64,000 nt of DNA from Octopus vulgaris (Eukaryota), in assembly GCA_951406725.2 (NCBI GenBank), contig OX597828.1:39432001-39496000 (forward strand), written 5' to 3'. Within the stretch, counting starts at the first letter, position 1; every line of letters starts with the position of its first letter. Below are positions 27,601 to 40,926 of this stretch, in pieces. Under the pieces are notes generated by a model. The model had not been told where the DNA came from. It worked only from the letters and a program-made list of their open reading frames with translations, and did no database searches. The position numbers and the translations under genes were made by a program.

Positions 27601-27731
27601 TTAATTCAGTACTGTTTGAATTAATATAACAAAACCATTTTTCATTTTTATTTATGCTTTTTTATTTGTTACTATATTCAATTTTGCAGTCCAAATTTTC
27701 TTGAGAATTTAATCCCCAAATTTTGTTCTAG

Positions 27732-28143
27732 AAGTGTCCAGCAAGGTAATTCTACAGCCCCAACTATGCAGAATCCAACTGATCAAAGTTCAGAGCCAAC
27801 GCCGACTATAAATACATATGCGACTCCTCGGGGCCTACCTACAGACTCATTAGGTTTAAGAACAGCTAATGTGAAAACAGATTACCGTGATCCTTATTCT
27901 ACAGCCGATGTTTACAGCCGCAGTATGTTAAGCACTAATCGTAACCTTACCCAACAAGATTTGTACGGCTACAATTCTCAGTCTACAATGAAATACCCCA
28001 GTCACAGTGTCTCTGCTGCCATGTCACTTCCTCAGGTATCTCCTGCCACAACAATGCCATCTTTGGTCAGACACCCTAATCAGAGTCCCTCTCAAATGGC
28101 TGGTAATGCTTGGTCTAGTCAAGGAGCATACGCACAAAGCCAG
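27732..28143 (+). CDS. ARNT: ARNT C-terminal S/Q/P-rich exon
   Basis: TTCTAG acceptor phase-compatible with the previous exon, open through CAG|GTTTGT; overlaps ORF 27766. Confidence 0.85.
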
Positions 28144-29146
28144 GTTTGTATCCTTTTCACTTTTCTCATATTTTAGTTTGGTTGTGATGAAGCTATATGG
28201 TTGCAAAAGTTAGGGATACGGACTACTGACCACTTGGTCATAGGTTCAAACCTTATCTACAGCAGCATTTGTATATATGTTGTGATATTGTACTTGTTCC
28301 ATTGTAATTTACCTCATTTATAGGCTTATATCTTTATAAAACTGAAGCAAGGACAAAATCCTTATTTGTTTTTAAGGCTTACTAATATATATATATATAT
28401 ATACGTTTTATTTATTATTTTGCACATTACTTAATCATTAAGTTGGTGAAATTAGTGAAGCATTGGGCAAAATGCCTTGTGGTATTTAGTTACAGCCCTT
28501 TCTATCCTGAGTTTTAAGTCCTGCTCAAGTGAATTTTATTTTCATTCTTCCAGGGTTGATATGATTGATTCAACCCCTCTTAATGCTGGGGCCTTGTGAC
28601 TATTTTAGAAAGCAATGTATGTGCAAGAAAAAAAAAAGAAAAGAAAAACTGAATCTAGTCTGTTTGGTTGCCAGCATCAGTTCTGTTCGTATTTATTTCA
28701 TATTCAGTGTAATGATACACCTGTATAGGCTAATGAATTACGTGAAAATCATTTTCGCTATAAATCAGTAAATAAAGAGTTATTAGCAGTTAATGGTTTA
28801 AAATTTTTGTGATTTTAACCAATCTTAAGCCACAGAAACATTCATGCCTGTTTCCATAGTAACAAGCAGAACATGAGAACCCTTTTGTCTGTGAGAAAGT
28901 ACATGCCTGTTTCCATAGTAACAAGCGGAACCGAGAACTCTTTTATCTACATGAAAGCACATGTTGACAAGCTGTGTTTTGATGGAAATTTTTACTGTTT
29001 GATTATGGCAGTACTCCAGCATGGCTGCAGTTTAATCACTGAAACAAGTAATTAGATAAAAGAAGTGTACATGTTTAGGTACACTTTTGAACTCCTCCAA
29101 GAGTTATTTGTTACAATGTAAACTTTATATTCTCTTGTCATTTTAG

Positions 29147-29210
29147 CCAACTGCTGACTACAGTACAAACCCAGGCTATAATCAAATGAGCCCAGACAAC
29201 AGTTCTCCAG
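29147..29210 (+). CDS. ARNT: ARNT small exon (PTADYSTNPGYNQMSPDNSSP)
   Basis: TTTTAG acceptor, CAG|GTAAGC donor; its phase 0-to-1 exactly links the flanking exons. Confidence 0.85.
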
Positions 29211-29746
29211 GTAAGCTCCAATGATATTTTATAATTTTATAGTCTCAAAGGCATCACAAAGCTTGGCAAGTGTTTTTTTTTTTTTTAGCTAATCACTCCT
29301 ATCTCCGTCTCTCTCTCTCTTTTCCCTTCTCTCCTTTATTTTTCTCTTTCTCTCTCTTCCTTCTTCCTCATTCTCTCTCTGTCCCCTTCTCAAGTACTTT
29401 GAGAAGTTTGAAATGGATTTGATTAAACTAATAAAACAGTTCAGATTTAGAAATCACAGAAACAACTCTTAACCCTTTAGAATTCAAACTGACCATATCC
29501 GGACAGAATATTTCACCTGTTTTATATTGAAACTGGCCAGATCTGGCCTCTCACCTCAACGCTACAATGTCATTCTAAAAATAAACTATCACATTACTGA
29601 AATCTCTAAACAACAAGATTAATATAATATAAACCAACAAACATTTTATTTGACAGAGTGATCTGAGTAAAGGGTTAAAGTAGTTAATGAACTGACATCA
29701 CTTTTCAAAAACACCAATAACACACATACATGCATTAACAGAATTT

Positions 29747-30060
29747 AATAATAATAATAATGAAATTATTGTATACAGTGCTCAGGTGCACCACAATTTG
29801 TCAGAAAGTGCATATAAAGTACATGCAGTAATATAGAAATGTCTGGAAAGCGAACAATGTATGAGTCAGATACATGCTTGTGTGTGTATGGAGGGAGAAA
29901 ATCAAGTGTAGTGTTGGCGAATCTCAGGAAGCATGGAAGTTTTGAAGGATGCAGTGCTCCAACAACTAACAACTGATGCCGGCAGTATGTTCCATGCTTC
30001 AGCAACTCTCAGCGTGAAAAAATATTTCCTGAAGTCATGGGAGCTGTGCTGTTTACATGA
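29747..30060 (-). mobile_element. CR1-type LINE 3' end with adjacent (TAA)n tract
   Basis: FRKYFFTLRVAEAWNILPASVV...ASFK is the typical CR1 ORF2 C-terminus. Confidence 0.8.
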
Positions 30061-30929
30061 ATTCAATGGAATTACATGTTCCAAACTACTGTCACATAAT
30101 ACAAAAACAAGCCACAAGAAATAATGAGATGAAAACCTAGCATCACAGTTTAACATACAAGTCTTGAGATAAATTATGTAGTAGCATTTATTTATAGGAT
30201 TATGATAATGAGAATATAATTTTCAGAAACAAAATGAAGGAAAAAAATAATTTGGGTATGTTATGCTGTACATAAAGTAATTCTTGCATTATTGTTTCCA
30301 GATTTGCCAGCTGTTGGTTTCAACTTACCAGATTTCAAATGTAAGTCAAATTTCAATCAGTTCTTTGATTCTACTGTGAATGCTAATACTACTGCTAGTT
30401 ATTACCTCTGCTGGTGCCACATATTAAGCACCCATGCCATTGCTAAATGAAAAGCACCCAGTATACTTTGTAAAGTGGTTGGTATTAAGAAAGGTATCCA
30501 GCTGTAGAGACGATGCCAAAACAGACAATTGGAGCCAGGTGCAGCTCTCTGGTCTGCCAGCTCCTATCAAATCATCCAATCCATGCCAACATGGAAAATG
30601 GACATTAAATGATGACAATGATAATGATGATGATGACGACAATGATGAAATTACTGCGTATGGTGCTCAGGTGCACTACAACTCATCAAATGTACATGTA
30701 TAGTACATTGAATTCATCTTCATCATCATTTAATGTCCGCTTTCCATGCTAGCATGGGTTGGATGATTTGACTGAGGTCTGGCAAACTGGATGGCTGCAC
30801 CAGGCTTCTCTCTTCCACCTAGTAATTACAAAGACCATGGAAAAGTATCTGTGCCTGTGACTGCAACTTTGTGTGTCAAAATGGTGCATTCTTTATTATG
30901 CCCCCTCCTGGGATTTAGCATAAAGGGTA

Positions 30930-31255
30930 AAGACTCCCTTCAGTCATGAATGACCATGAGATTGCACCTAGAAAGTGACCCCCTGAGGCACAAGTCCAGG
31001 CAAGGTTTTTTTGTGGAAGACTAGCAGTCACCATGCATACCTCTCCATGCCACCGATGTTCAATAGAAAGGCAAAGGCCGATACAGCTTGGCACCAGTGA
31101 CATTGCTACTTTTTTTCTACAGCTGAGTGAACTGGAGCACCATAAAATAAAGTGTCTTGCTCAAGAATGCAACACACTTCCTGGTCTGGGAATCGAACTC
31201 ACAACCTCATGATTGTGAGTCCAATGCCCTAACCACTGAACCATGCACCTTCACT
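30930..31255 (-). mobile_element. tRNA-derived SINE
   Basis: Minus-strand head GTGCATGGTTCAGTGGTTAGGGCATTGGACTCAC. Confidence 0.7.
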
Positions 31256-31366
31256 TAGAATAACAAGGCCTGTAATTACAGCTGAAGGTGCCTGTAGATG
31301 ATTGAAATATGAAGAATAAATTGATCTAATAAATGGTTTTCTCAATGGTAATATTATATTTTGCAG

Positions 31367-31587
31367 GTAACCAACCACTATGGCAGCAGTGGTCTGGAAA
31401 TACAGGTGATCATGCTCAGCAAGGTTCTTCTCAAGGCAATCCATCAGCAGGAGCACAACAAGCTCAACAACAACAACAGCAGCAGCAACAGCAGCCAGAA
31501 GAATTCAATAACATGTTTCCAATGCTTGACCAGACCACACCAGAGTTCAGTGATCTTACAGGCATGTTCAATACTTTTGGAGAATGA
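31367..31587 (+). CDS. ARNT: ARNT terminal coding exon with polyQ and acidic transactivation tail, ending TGA
   Basis: TTGCAG acceptor, phase 1; ...QPEEFNNMFPMLDQTTPEFSDLTGMFNTFGE* resembles the ARNT C-terminus (EF.DL..MF..F.E). Confidence 0.92.
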
Positions 31588-34500
31588 CCCCCAGTGAGTT
31601 CTCATCAATAGTCCACCCAAACATCAACTCAGTATTGTGTAACATGAAAGCTACATGTTATGCAAAGGAAACAGAATGTGTTATGTATAATTGATCTGAT
31701 TAAGAAGTAATAAGAGCATTAACTCGCTCTTATGTTGTGTTTAGAGCAAAATAGAGAAAGATTTATAAAACATTAAACAAATAAACTATGGCAATTTACT
31801 GTAGAGATGTTCTCTCAGATTTTGCTCATGAATTCTCCACAGTATTTAAAAACAAAACAATCAACTCAATTTAGAATATTGCATATATCCATTCAGATTG
31901 TATCGGTTTTATGGAGTAGCCATAAACACAGAAGTTTTGATATACTGCTTAAACTCAAACATGACACTGTATTGACAATATCATTCCAGAACTCTAATGA
32001 AAAACTTGCTAAAGCATTTATTACACTAAAGGAAAAGTTTAAATTGGAGATTCTGACTGATTACCATTCTTATTTAACAATCAATTTTAAAACTTACAAA
32101 ATGCAAAAAAAAAAACAAACAAAAAAAAACAGCAAAATTATTCAAGACTCAGTCCAGTCCTCTTTTCTTTCAAACTGTCTTTCTCCAGAATTACATTGAA
32201 TATAAGCTATTGGCTTGTTTTGACTAAAAACTGAATCTGCCTCTCCTCACTGTCAATCAGATATTAGCCTGTTCTTATGTTCTCTATTCTGACATACAAT
32301 ATTTGGTTACATATTTTATTTTCTACACATCTCCCCTTTGCAGAAACTGCATACCTGACCGACATATGGAATGCTCTGGATATTTGTAACAATGGGTTTT
32401 CATTCTGTATTTCATTATACGATATACCCAATACTGAATACAAAATATTGAAAGTTAGTTCTTTGGACTAATTTTAGCCCCGTTTCTTTTAGTTCTGCTT
32501 CATTAAATCATGTCAGTAAGTAAATATTTGATTTACACTTCCTCTTCTCTATTGAACATTGAAAGCAGCCACTACCAACTTCTTTTCATAATACATATGG
32601 TACAAATATAGTGATGGTTCTTTGTGTCTTTAATTCAGAAAACTGTTTTTGTTTCTTTGGTTGTGATATTGCTAACAAAATAGTCTTATAAGGAAATCTG
32701 TTCTTAAACATTATAAGAAGATTAACTGTGCCAGCAACTGAAACCTCAAGGATTTGAACTCCTAATGTTGCATTTCAGTTGGTGGCTGGTGTCTTGTAAT
32801 CTGCTGATATTATTAACCTAAATCCTTCCTTTCTGACCCCGAATGCCAACTGATTTCAATAGAATCATTATTTTAGGCACAGAACAAAATGTATGTCATA
32901 TTCTACTAGAATATTACATTTAACTACTTTTAGAATATAATCATTGATTAACCCACAAATTTAATTATGAATTGTTCCAAAATTATTTGCTAATTATCAA
33001 TATTTGGAGATGATTTCTTGACACTCACAGATGATATTGTGATGACAGATTTTATAATTAAAGATAGGGTAGAAGAAAATTAATTCCATCAATTCTCTTT
33101 CCTAACACAGAATACTTTTTGTCTACTTTTTCACCTGTAGAAAAATGTCCTCTCATAAATATATATGTACGTGTGTGTGTGTTTGCATGTGCTATTGCTT
33201 ATACTTCAGTTTGCCCCACCCCCTTCATCCTTTCTTTTTTTAAATATTCTGTCTGAGTGTTTAAAAGAAGAATTCTGTTTATAATGTGAATAGCTTTTAA
33301 CAAAGCTTGATTGAAGACCTGAAGCAAATTATAAAAACCATGTTCCACCCAAATTTAATAAATTGAAATTCCAGGTTTGTCAGCCTTGCTCTTCATCAGT
33401 TAATTATTCAGACAATGATTAGCTCTTGATTCATCTCATTATGGGTAGAATTTTAATTAAGATTTCTCAAGACACTAAATTAATTATAGTTTTCTCAATT
33501 AACACAGCAATGGACAATAGTGATTAAAACATTGTTATTTGTAGATTTTATTCCATTTACAATTCATATTAAGATTCTACTAAAGTACAAAAAACAAAAA
33601 GATGTTATTTATAAGTTATCATTGCTTTGTTGCTAATAGGTAAATGTCATACCTTTTAAACAAAAGAAAAGCAGTGTACACCTATTCAAAATTACCTTTT
33701 TTTTTTTTCTTTTTCTCTTTCTCACTAAAATAATCTGGAATAGTATTTTTTTTTCCTTTCTTTTCTTCTAGTTTTTTTTTTTTTTTTTTCTTTCTCATTT
33801 ACTTCTGAAACTAAAATTATTCGGTTGGTGCATAATTATTGTGGGTTTTTTCAACAAATTTTATTCAACAAAAACAATAACAGCATGTAACAAAAACATC
33901 TTTAAATAATTATTCCAGAAGCAGACGGTCAGACCATCATTTTAAAATGTTTTTGTTAAATATTGTTATTGTTTTTGTTGAATTAAAATTTGTTGAAAAA
34001 AAGCAGCAATAATTTTGCACCAGTCCAATAGTACATTACTGCTAGCTTTAAGAGAATCAGTATGTAGATAGTGATTTTTATTTTGAATTACTGGACAATT
34101 TTTCTGATATAGATGTCATCTCACACTGATATGGTTTAGGAAGACATCTAAGTTTTCAAATGTTGTTTGGGTTGAAAAATCAAACTGATACTTGTACAGG
34201 TATTTATTTTACTGGGATCCCTTCATTTCACCCTGACTGCCATTTATTCTTTTCAGCCCTTTTGATATCAACCTGCCTGATATTGTTCCTCTTTCTATAA
34301 TACAAAACTTCCTGTTAAAGTGAATTAAATTAAAACCTTCCATCATGATTTCATATTAATTTACGTTCCAAACACCAGATTAATCATGAGAAGTAATTTG
34401 GCTAAATTATTATTTTCAAAATTAATTCCAACAAAGGTAGTGTTTTTCAATAATTTAATATCAGCATGAAATTGGAAGATATGATTTCAAAAAATGAAAG

Positions 34501-35262
34501 GAGTTTACATTCATTGTAGAATGGAGGTATTCAAGAATGAAAGCATTAATGAACAGGAGTATACAACAACAGAAGTCTTGCAGGACAGAACTATTCAGCT
34601 GAAAAGAAGTAAAACTTTCACTTGTTGATTCTTGAAGGCTGTTTCATCTAATATGGATCATGGTTTTAAGAGAAAATAGAACAAGTTGGGTTTGTTCTGA
34701 AAACGTTTAACTGTTTCAATATGTAAATGAATTACCATTTCGTTTTTGTTTTTTGTTTTTTTAATCAATTGGTATAGATACAAGCTCCGCCTTCTTCTTC
34801 ATTACTCATTCTTTTCAATAAATAAAAACCAAAATTACTTTGTTCTACTGAAATTCAAATCCTGTGATTATTTGTATTATCATTGGATAGACAGCCCTTG
34901 TTGTGTAGTTAAAGTTAACACTTACATTTTCCAGTACAATTTCTTTCTTCTTTTTTTTTTTTGCCTTCTTCAATTTTTTTCTCTGGTAAATGTAAGTCTT
35001 CTGATTTATTCTAAATGTTTGCAAGATTTTCTGCTCATTCAGCATGCAGATTTGTGTGCATGACAGCCAGTTTAGGTGAATTTAAATCTAGTGTCTGCTA
35101 GTAGGTCTATATCATTTATATGCCAGTGAGCATGGCTTCATATATTTTTATTTTATTTTATTCACAATGTTACTGAAACTAACCAGTGAATATAAAATCT
35201 GATTATATTTTCCTTTTTATGTAACAATAAATAATACTTATCAATCTCTTAATGTCAATAAA
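31588..35262 (+). other. Probable long ARNT 3' UTR
   Basis: AT-rich, almost SINE-free stretch after the stop; AATAAA at 31780, ~34817, 35226 and 35257; true end not determinable. Confidence 0.4.
33819..34030. mobile_element. Mariner-type MITE
   Basis: TIR ATTCGGTTGGTGCATAATTATTG / CAATAATTTTGCACCAGTCCAAT, TA flanks, palindromic interior. Confidence 0.75.
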
Positions 35263-35299
35263 GATAAATGAGGAGGTTCTTAATCTAATTTTTATTCTT

Positions 35300-35700
35300 G
35301 TTTCCGATTTGTTAATGTAAACTGTTTTGAAAAACATTTAAGATCAACACAGGGAGTCATGGAAAAAAAAATGCTGAAGATTAACAAAATGGATAAATGG
35401 CAAAACAACAGGGTAAATGTGGCAATAGGTTTAATGGATATTATCTGGAAAATAAAATTTCTGAAATGGTCTTCCACGGGACGTGTTCAGAAGAAAGGAT
35501 AATAAATGGAATAGCAAACTGAGAGAGTGGACACCAAGTCCAGAAAACGGAGGGGAACATCATGCAGAAGCTGGAATGAAGATTTTGTTAAATGCTTCAG
35601 CACTCAAACATGGATGAGGAAAACATCAGACCTTGGTTGGTGGAGAGATGATGTTGAGGCCTTCATCCAGCAGTGGACTGAACATATGCAAGAATGATGA
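35300..35700 (+). mobile_element. RTE-like LINE 3' remnant
   Basis: Translation ...WMRKTSDLGWWRDDVEAFIQQWT resembles the RTE ORF2 end. Confidence 0.6.
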
Positions 35701-37269
35701 ATGTAAACTGTAACATTTAGCACAAAAATAAGTTAATTTGAAATGTTTTAATACATGATGTATTATTTTTTTCTTGCTTCAAAATAGCCTCAAGAATTCA
35801 GGTTTCTCAACTGTACCAAATCATTCATTATCATCTGGCATCAACCTTCCTATGTTGGTATAGATTGGATGGGATTTCCATAGTATTTTATAGCTTGATG
35901 CCCTTCCCTTCGCCAACCCTTTTAGATACCGCACACGGGAGACACAAAAATCCATGGCATAACAGCTTAAAAGCCAGGATATAGTTAATAGTGTACCAAA
36001 TTGGTAAAAATAATTATTCTTATATAAAATGTTTGAAGAATCACTTGTTATCTTCATACAGAAACTTAATTTTCTTTGATTGCTATTTCATCTTGATACA
36101 ACGTAAACATATGGGTATCTGCCACAAACATCAAAAGACAATCTGAATATCCATTCCGGCCCCCGTGCCGGTGACACGTAAAAGCACCATCCGTTCATGG
36201 CCGTTTGCCAGCTCTGTCTGGCACTTGTGCGGGTGGCATGTAAAAAGCACCCACTACACTCACGGAGTGGTTGGCGTTAGGAAGGGCATCCAGCCGTAGA
36301 AACACTGCCAGATCTGACGAAGCCTTCCAGCTTCATAGACCCCAGTTGAACCGTCCAACCCATGCTAGCATGGAAAGCGGACGCTAAATGATGATGATGA
36401 TGTTCACACTGTTTTGTAAAACGATGCTGCATTCAAATCTTTCTATGGTCAATATTTGCATTAGAAAATAGGTGTATTTAAACTTCTTAAAATTGAAAAT
36501 TGGCAGAAATTCCAACACATCATTGCATGCAGTAACTGAATATGTAATATAGATGAATCCAGTAGCTTCAAGTGCCTTTTTCCTTGCATTTTTCAGTGCT
36601 GATATAACATCCTGGGCTCTTTTCAACAGAACCAGGGCTCAAGCATTTTAGATATCAATGGACCTGTATTGCAATCATAAGTGTATAGTTAAAAAGTTTA
36701 CTTCCCAACCACATAGATTCAGGTTCAGTCCCTCTATGTGGCACCTTGGGTTAACCAAAGCCCTGTGAGTGAATTTGGTAGATGGAAACTGAAAGAAGCC
36801 CATTGTGTGTGCTTTTGTCTCCTTATATTGACACCATGTGATAGTTATAAAAGAGTGTCACTGTCATACAAGCAGTGCTATGCATTTCCAAAATTCTTTG
36901 AAAACATGTCTAGCCATGGGAAAATATCTTACTTGGAAACAGGTGGTAGGAAGACAACTGACTGAAGTAAATCTACCTCAATAAACTTTGTCCAACTCGT
37001 GCAAGCATGGGAAGGCAAATGTCAAAATGATGGCAATAACACCAACAACACACAACCGAAGCCCACAAAGTCACTACAAATCCAAACAAAAACTAACTGC
37101 AGCATTAGTGGGAACGAAAGGGAGAAAGGATTTCCTGCATAAAATCAGTGGAGGGGGAAGATGAGGACATCCTAAAAAAGTCCAAGGAGGGGAGGAAAAG
37201 TCAGATGGGGGTGAAGAGGGAGGAACTTCATGAAACATTCCAAGGAAGGAGAGGGTGTACCTCCTGGAA

Positions 37270-38985
37270 AACCCCTTTTTCAGGAAGTACTGCTCACCTC
37301 ATCCTACCCTTGCCTCTCTTTGGACTTTTCCAGGAAGTCCCACGTACCCTCCTCCCCGTCCTACCCTTCCCTCTCCTTGGACTTTTCCAAGAAGTTCTGC
37401 TCACCCCAACTGGGACATTTCCAAGACGTCCTTCCTCCCCTGCTAGGACATTTCCAGGAAGTCCTTTCCCCACTCCTCAGAATTTTCCAGGAAGTCTCAC
37501 CCCAACTCAGATTTTTCCAGGAATCCCTTCCCCCCTTGAACTTTTCTAGGAAGTTTCCTACCCTCCCTCTCAAACTTTTTCAGGAAATCCTATCTCCCCT
37601 CCTAGAACTTTTCCAGGAAGTCCCGCCCCTCCACTCCTCAGATTTTTCCAGGCAGTACCTCTCCTTCCACACTCCTCTGACTTTTCCAGGAAGTCCTGCT
37701 TATCCCCCTGGGACATTTCCAGGAGGTCCTTCACCTCCTCCCCTTCCCTCTCGTACTTTCCTAGAAGTCCTGCTCCTCCCTCCTCGAAATTTGCCAGAAA
37801 GTCCTTCCCATTATCCCTCTTATTCCTTTGACTTTTCCAGGAAGTCCATCCTCTTCCTTTCCTTCCCCTTTCTCCCTCCGGACCTTCCAGAAAGTCCTGG
37901 TCACCCTTCAGATTTTCCAGGAAGTCTCCCCCCTCCTTGGACATTTCTAGGAAGTCCCGCTCCACCACCTCAGACTTTTCCACGGAAGTCACCCTCCTCT
38001 TCTCACCTCAGACCTTTCCAGGAAGTCCCGATCACCCTCCACAGACTTTTGCAGGAAGTCCCTCCCCCCTTCTCAGACTTTTCCAGGAAGTTCCGCTCCA
38101 CTCCTTGGAATTTCCAGCAAGACCTGCTCCTCCTCTTCGAAATTTCAAGGATTCCCGCTCTCACCTTTTTGGATTTTTCCAGGAACTCCCGTTAACCACT
38201 CCTCAGTCTTTTCCAAGAAGTTCATAAATCCTCGGAACCTTCCAGAAAATTCCTAAATTCTCGGAAGTTTCCAAGAAGTTCCTAAATCCTCAGAACTTTC
38301 CAAGAAATTCTCGGAAATTTCCAGGAAGTGCTCGAAACTCGGAACCTTCCAAGAAGTGCTCTATAGTCTCGACTTTTCAGAAAGTTCCGACAACTACGGA
38401 ACTTTGCATGAAGTTCCTAAATCCTCGAAACTTTCCTGGGTGTGCTCGATCCTCAGAACTTTCCAGGAAGTTCCTTCATCCTCAGAACTTTACAGGAAGG
38501 TCTTAAATCCTCGCAATTTTCCAGGAAGTTCCCATATTCTCGGAATTTTACAGGAAGTTCCTAAATTCTCGGAACTTTCCAGGAATTTCCTAAATTCCGC
38601 GAATGTCCCAGGAAGCTCCTAAATCCTAGGAACTTTCCAGGGAGTTCCTATATACTTAGAACTTGCCATGGAGTTCCTAAAGCCTCGGAACTATCCAGAA
38701 AGTTTCCGAGTCTTCGGAATTTTCTGGAAGTGCTCGATCTTCAGAATTTTCCATGAAGTGCTTGATCCTCGGTACTTTCCAGGAAGTTCATAAATCATCG
38801 GAACTTTCAAGAAAGTTCCTAAGTCCTCGGAACTATCCAGATAGTTCTCAAATCCTCGGAACTTTTCAGGAAGTGCTCGGTCCTCGGAACTTTCCAGAAA
38901 GTTTCTTGGTCCTCGGAAATTTCCAGGAAATTCTAAAATTCTTGGAAACTTCCAGGAAGTTCATAAATCCCCGCAACTTTCCAGC
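37270..38985. repeat. Bipartite minisatellite on core (AC)TTTCCAGGAAGT: C-rich variable spacers (37270-38200), then a regular 29-bp unit AAATCCTCGGAACTTTCCAGGAAGTTCCT (38200-38985)
   Basis: Direct inspection; unit starts at 38226, 38255 and 38284 give a 29-bp period. Confidence 0.92.
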
Positions 38986-39011
38986 ATATTTTGAAAATTA
39001 TTCCAGGAACA

Positions 39012-39225
39012 CATCCTCTCCTGGTGCTTTCCAATTTGTCAGCTGTTTTATAATCATTTCCACTTCATCCAAGATTGTCAGTTACCGGTTATTGAGGATA
39101 TTATTTATTGAGTTTATGTCTATATTTGTATCTCTATCGAGCACATCTTTTAAATGTTCCGCCCGACGTCTCAATACATCATTACGATATGTGAGAAGTT
39201 CCCCTTCTGTAGAAAGTACAACCAT
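39012..39225 (-). mobile_element. RTE LINE ORF2 fragment
   Basis: Minus translation EGELLTYRNDVLRRRAEHLKDVLD...DEVEMIIKQLTNWKAPGED. Confidence 0.8.
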
Positions 39226-39286
39226 CTGCATTCAGTTTTATTTATTCATTCCAATTATAAATGCTTGCAAGAAGGACTTCAGTTTA

Positions 39287-39683
39287 CTCTTTACTCTTTT
39301 ACTTGTTTCAATCATTTGACTGCGGCCATGCTGGAGCACCGCCTTTTAGTTGAGTAAATCGACCCCAGGACTTATTCTTTGTAAGCCTAGTACTTATTCT
39401 ATCGGTCTCTCTTGCCGAACCGCTAAGTTACGTAAACACACCAGATCGGTTGTCAAGCGATGTTGGGGGACAAAAACAGACACACACACACACATATATG
39501 TATACATATACATATATACGACGGGCTTCTTTCAGTTTCCGTCTACAAAATCCACCTACAAGACTTTGGTCGGCCCGAGGCTATAGTAGAAGACACTTTC
39601 CCAAAGTGCCCTGCAGTGGGACTGAACCCGGAACTATGTGGTTGGTAAGCAAGCTACTTACCACACAGCCACTCCTGCGCCTA
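39287..39683 (-). mobile_element. SINE family A, full length
   Basis: Reverse complement of the 6970-type element. Confidence 0.9.
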
Positions 39684-39849
39684 TGTTTGAACAGTTTTCA
39701 TGATGTTTCATATTTAGATGCTTTTATTAAATTCCTTCAGTTGTTGAACATAAATAAATCTTGGAATTAAATGGTTTTGATTTATTATCAGGTGACTTTT
39801 GGCCAACCCTGTATATATTTGTATGCACTCACATAATTATATATATAGA

Positions 39850-40230
39850 CTCGTTAGCGTGTAGAATAAAATACTTAACGGCATTTCTTCTGGTTTTCTG
39901 CTTTCTGAGTTCAAATTCCACCTAAGTTGACTTTATCATTCTTTCGGGGTCGACAAAATAAGCACGAGTTGAGCACTGAGGTCGGTATAATTGGCTGTTC
40001 TCTTCCCCACAAAATTTCATGTTTATGTCTACAGGAGAAAGAATTTATATAAAGCGAGTTGGTAGAATCGCTAGTGAATCGGACAAAATACTGCCAGCTC
40101 ATCATGTTTTGGGTTCAAATTCTACCGAGGTGGACTTTACCTTTCATCCTTCAGGAAATGATAAAATAAATAGCAGTTGAATACTGAGGTCGATGTAATC
40201 AACATACCAGTGCCCTTAAAATTGCTGTCC
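39850..40230 (+). mobile_element. Two tandem degenerate SINE family B copies
   Basis: B-box and core at ~39906 and ~40110. Confidence 0.75.
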
Positions 40231-40266
40231 TTGCGCCAAAGTTTAAAACTTTAATTTATATATGAA

Positions 40267-40355
40267 GAGTTATCTGCTCTTACATTCCTAGCACCTGATT
40301 TAATTTCTGTAGTACATTTTCCGACAAAATACATCGTATTGTGCAGCAGGTGAGT
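40267..40355 (+). promoter_or_regulatory. Module 1: 23-mer (40267-40289) + donor CAG|GTGAGT (GT at 40350)
   Basis: Exact GAGTTATCTGCTCTTACATTCCT; upstream part occupied by SINEs. Confidence 0.6.
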
Positions 40356-40827
40356 GGAAATTCATTTACGTTTGATCAGAGACGTTACAAAAGGATAAAA
40401 ACTATTCTGTAGACAAAATTTTCTTTAGTCTATCTACCTATTGATTGAATTGATCACCCCCAAAATATTTTCCTTCCCTGTTACCTAAAATCCTAGCCAC
40501 ACCACTCAATCTGTTTAAACCAAGCATTGGCAAACTTTTTAGAGAACCGGTCCGCATGAGTCATGGTCCGTCATCAGGTGGGCCACACTATTAAAAAAAA
40601 AAGATTCAAGGTAATTTTTCAAAAAGTTTCACGGGCTGCAGATTGCCCATTACTGGTTTAAACTTTCATTTGAAATTTACATCTAATTTAATATTATGAT
40701 TTGCAAGTTATGCTCCACACTTGTTCCCCTAATATCATTTAATAGGACTTTAATGTGTAAGATACATGGCTAATGAGGTAATTCTGAGGCGTGGCTATTG
40801 CTTATTGAAACTTTTTATAGCACTTTC

Positions 40828-40926
40828 GAGTTATCTGCTCTTACATTCCTGACTCAATTTGTAAACATTCGTTCGAAATTTGCGCCAGAACACAAACGTA
40901 CGCAAAAATATATATTGCAGGTGAGT
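40828..40926 (+). promoter_or_regulatory. Module 2: 23-mer (40828-40850) + CAG|GTGAGT (40921)
   Basis: Exact motif; recent copy of module 3. Confidence 0.6.

Noticed and set aside
37270-38200. CRISPR-like look (constant core with variable spacers)
   Set aside because: Eukaryotic context, core only ~12 bp and degenerate, spacers low-complexity and mutually related, no cas genes
37148-39319. Long ORFs (321, 188, 140, 133 aa)
   Set aside because: Products of the stop-poor minisatellite, open in several frames and both strands; no domain or splice support
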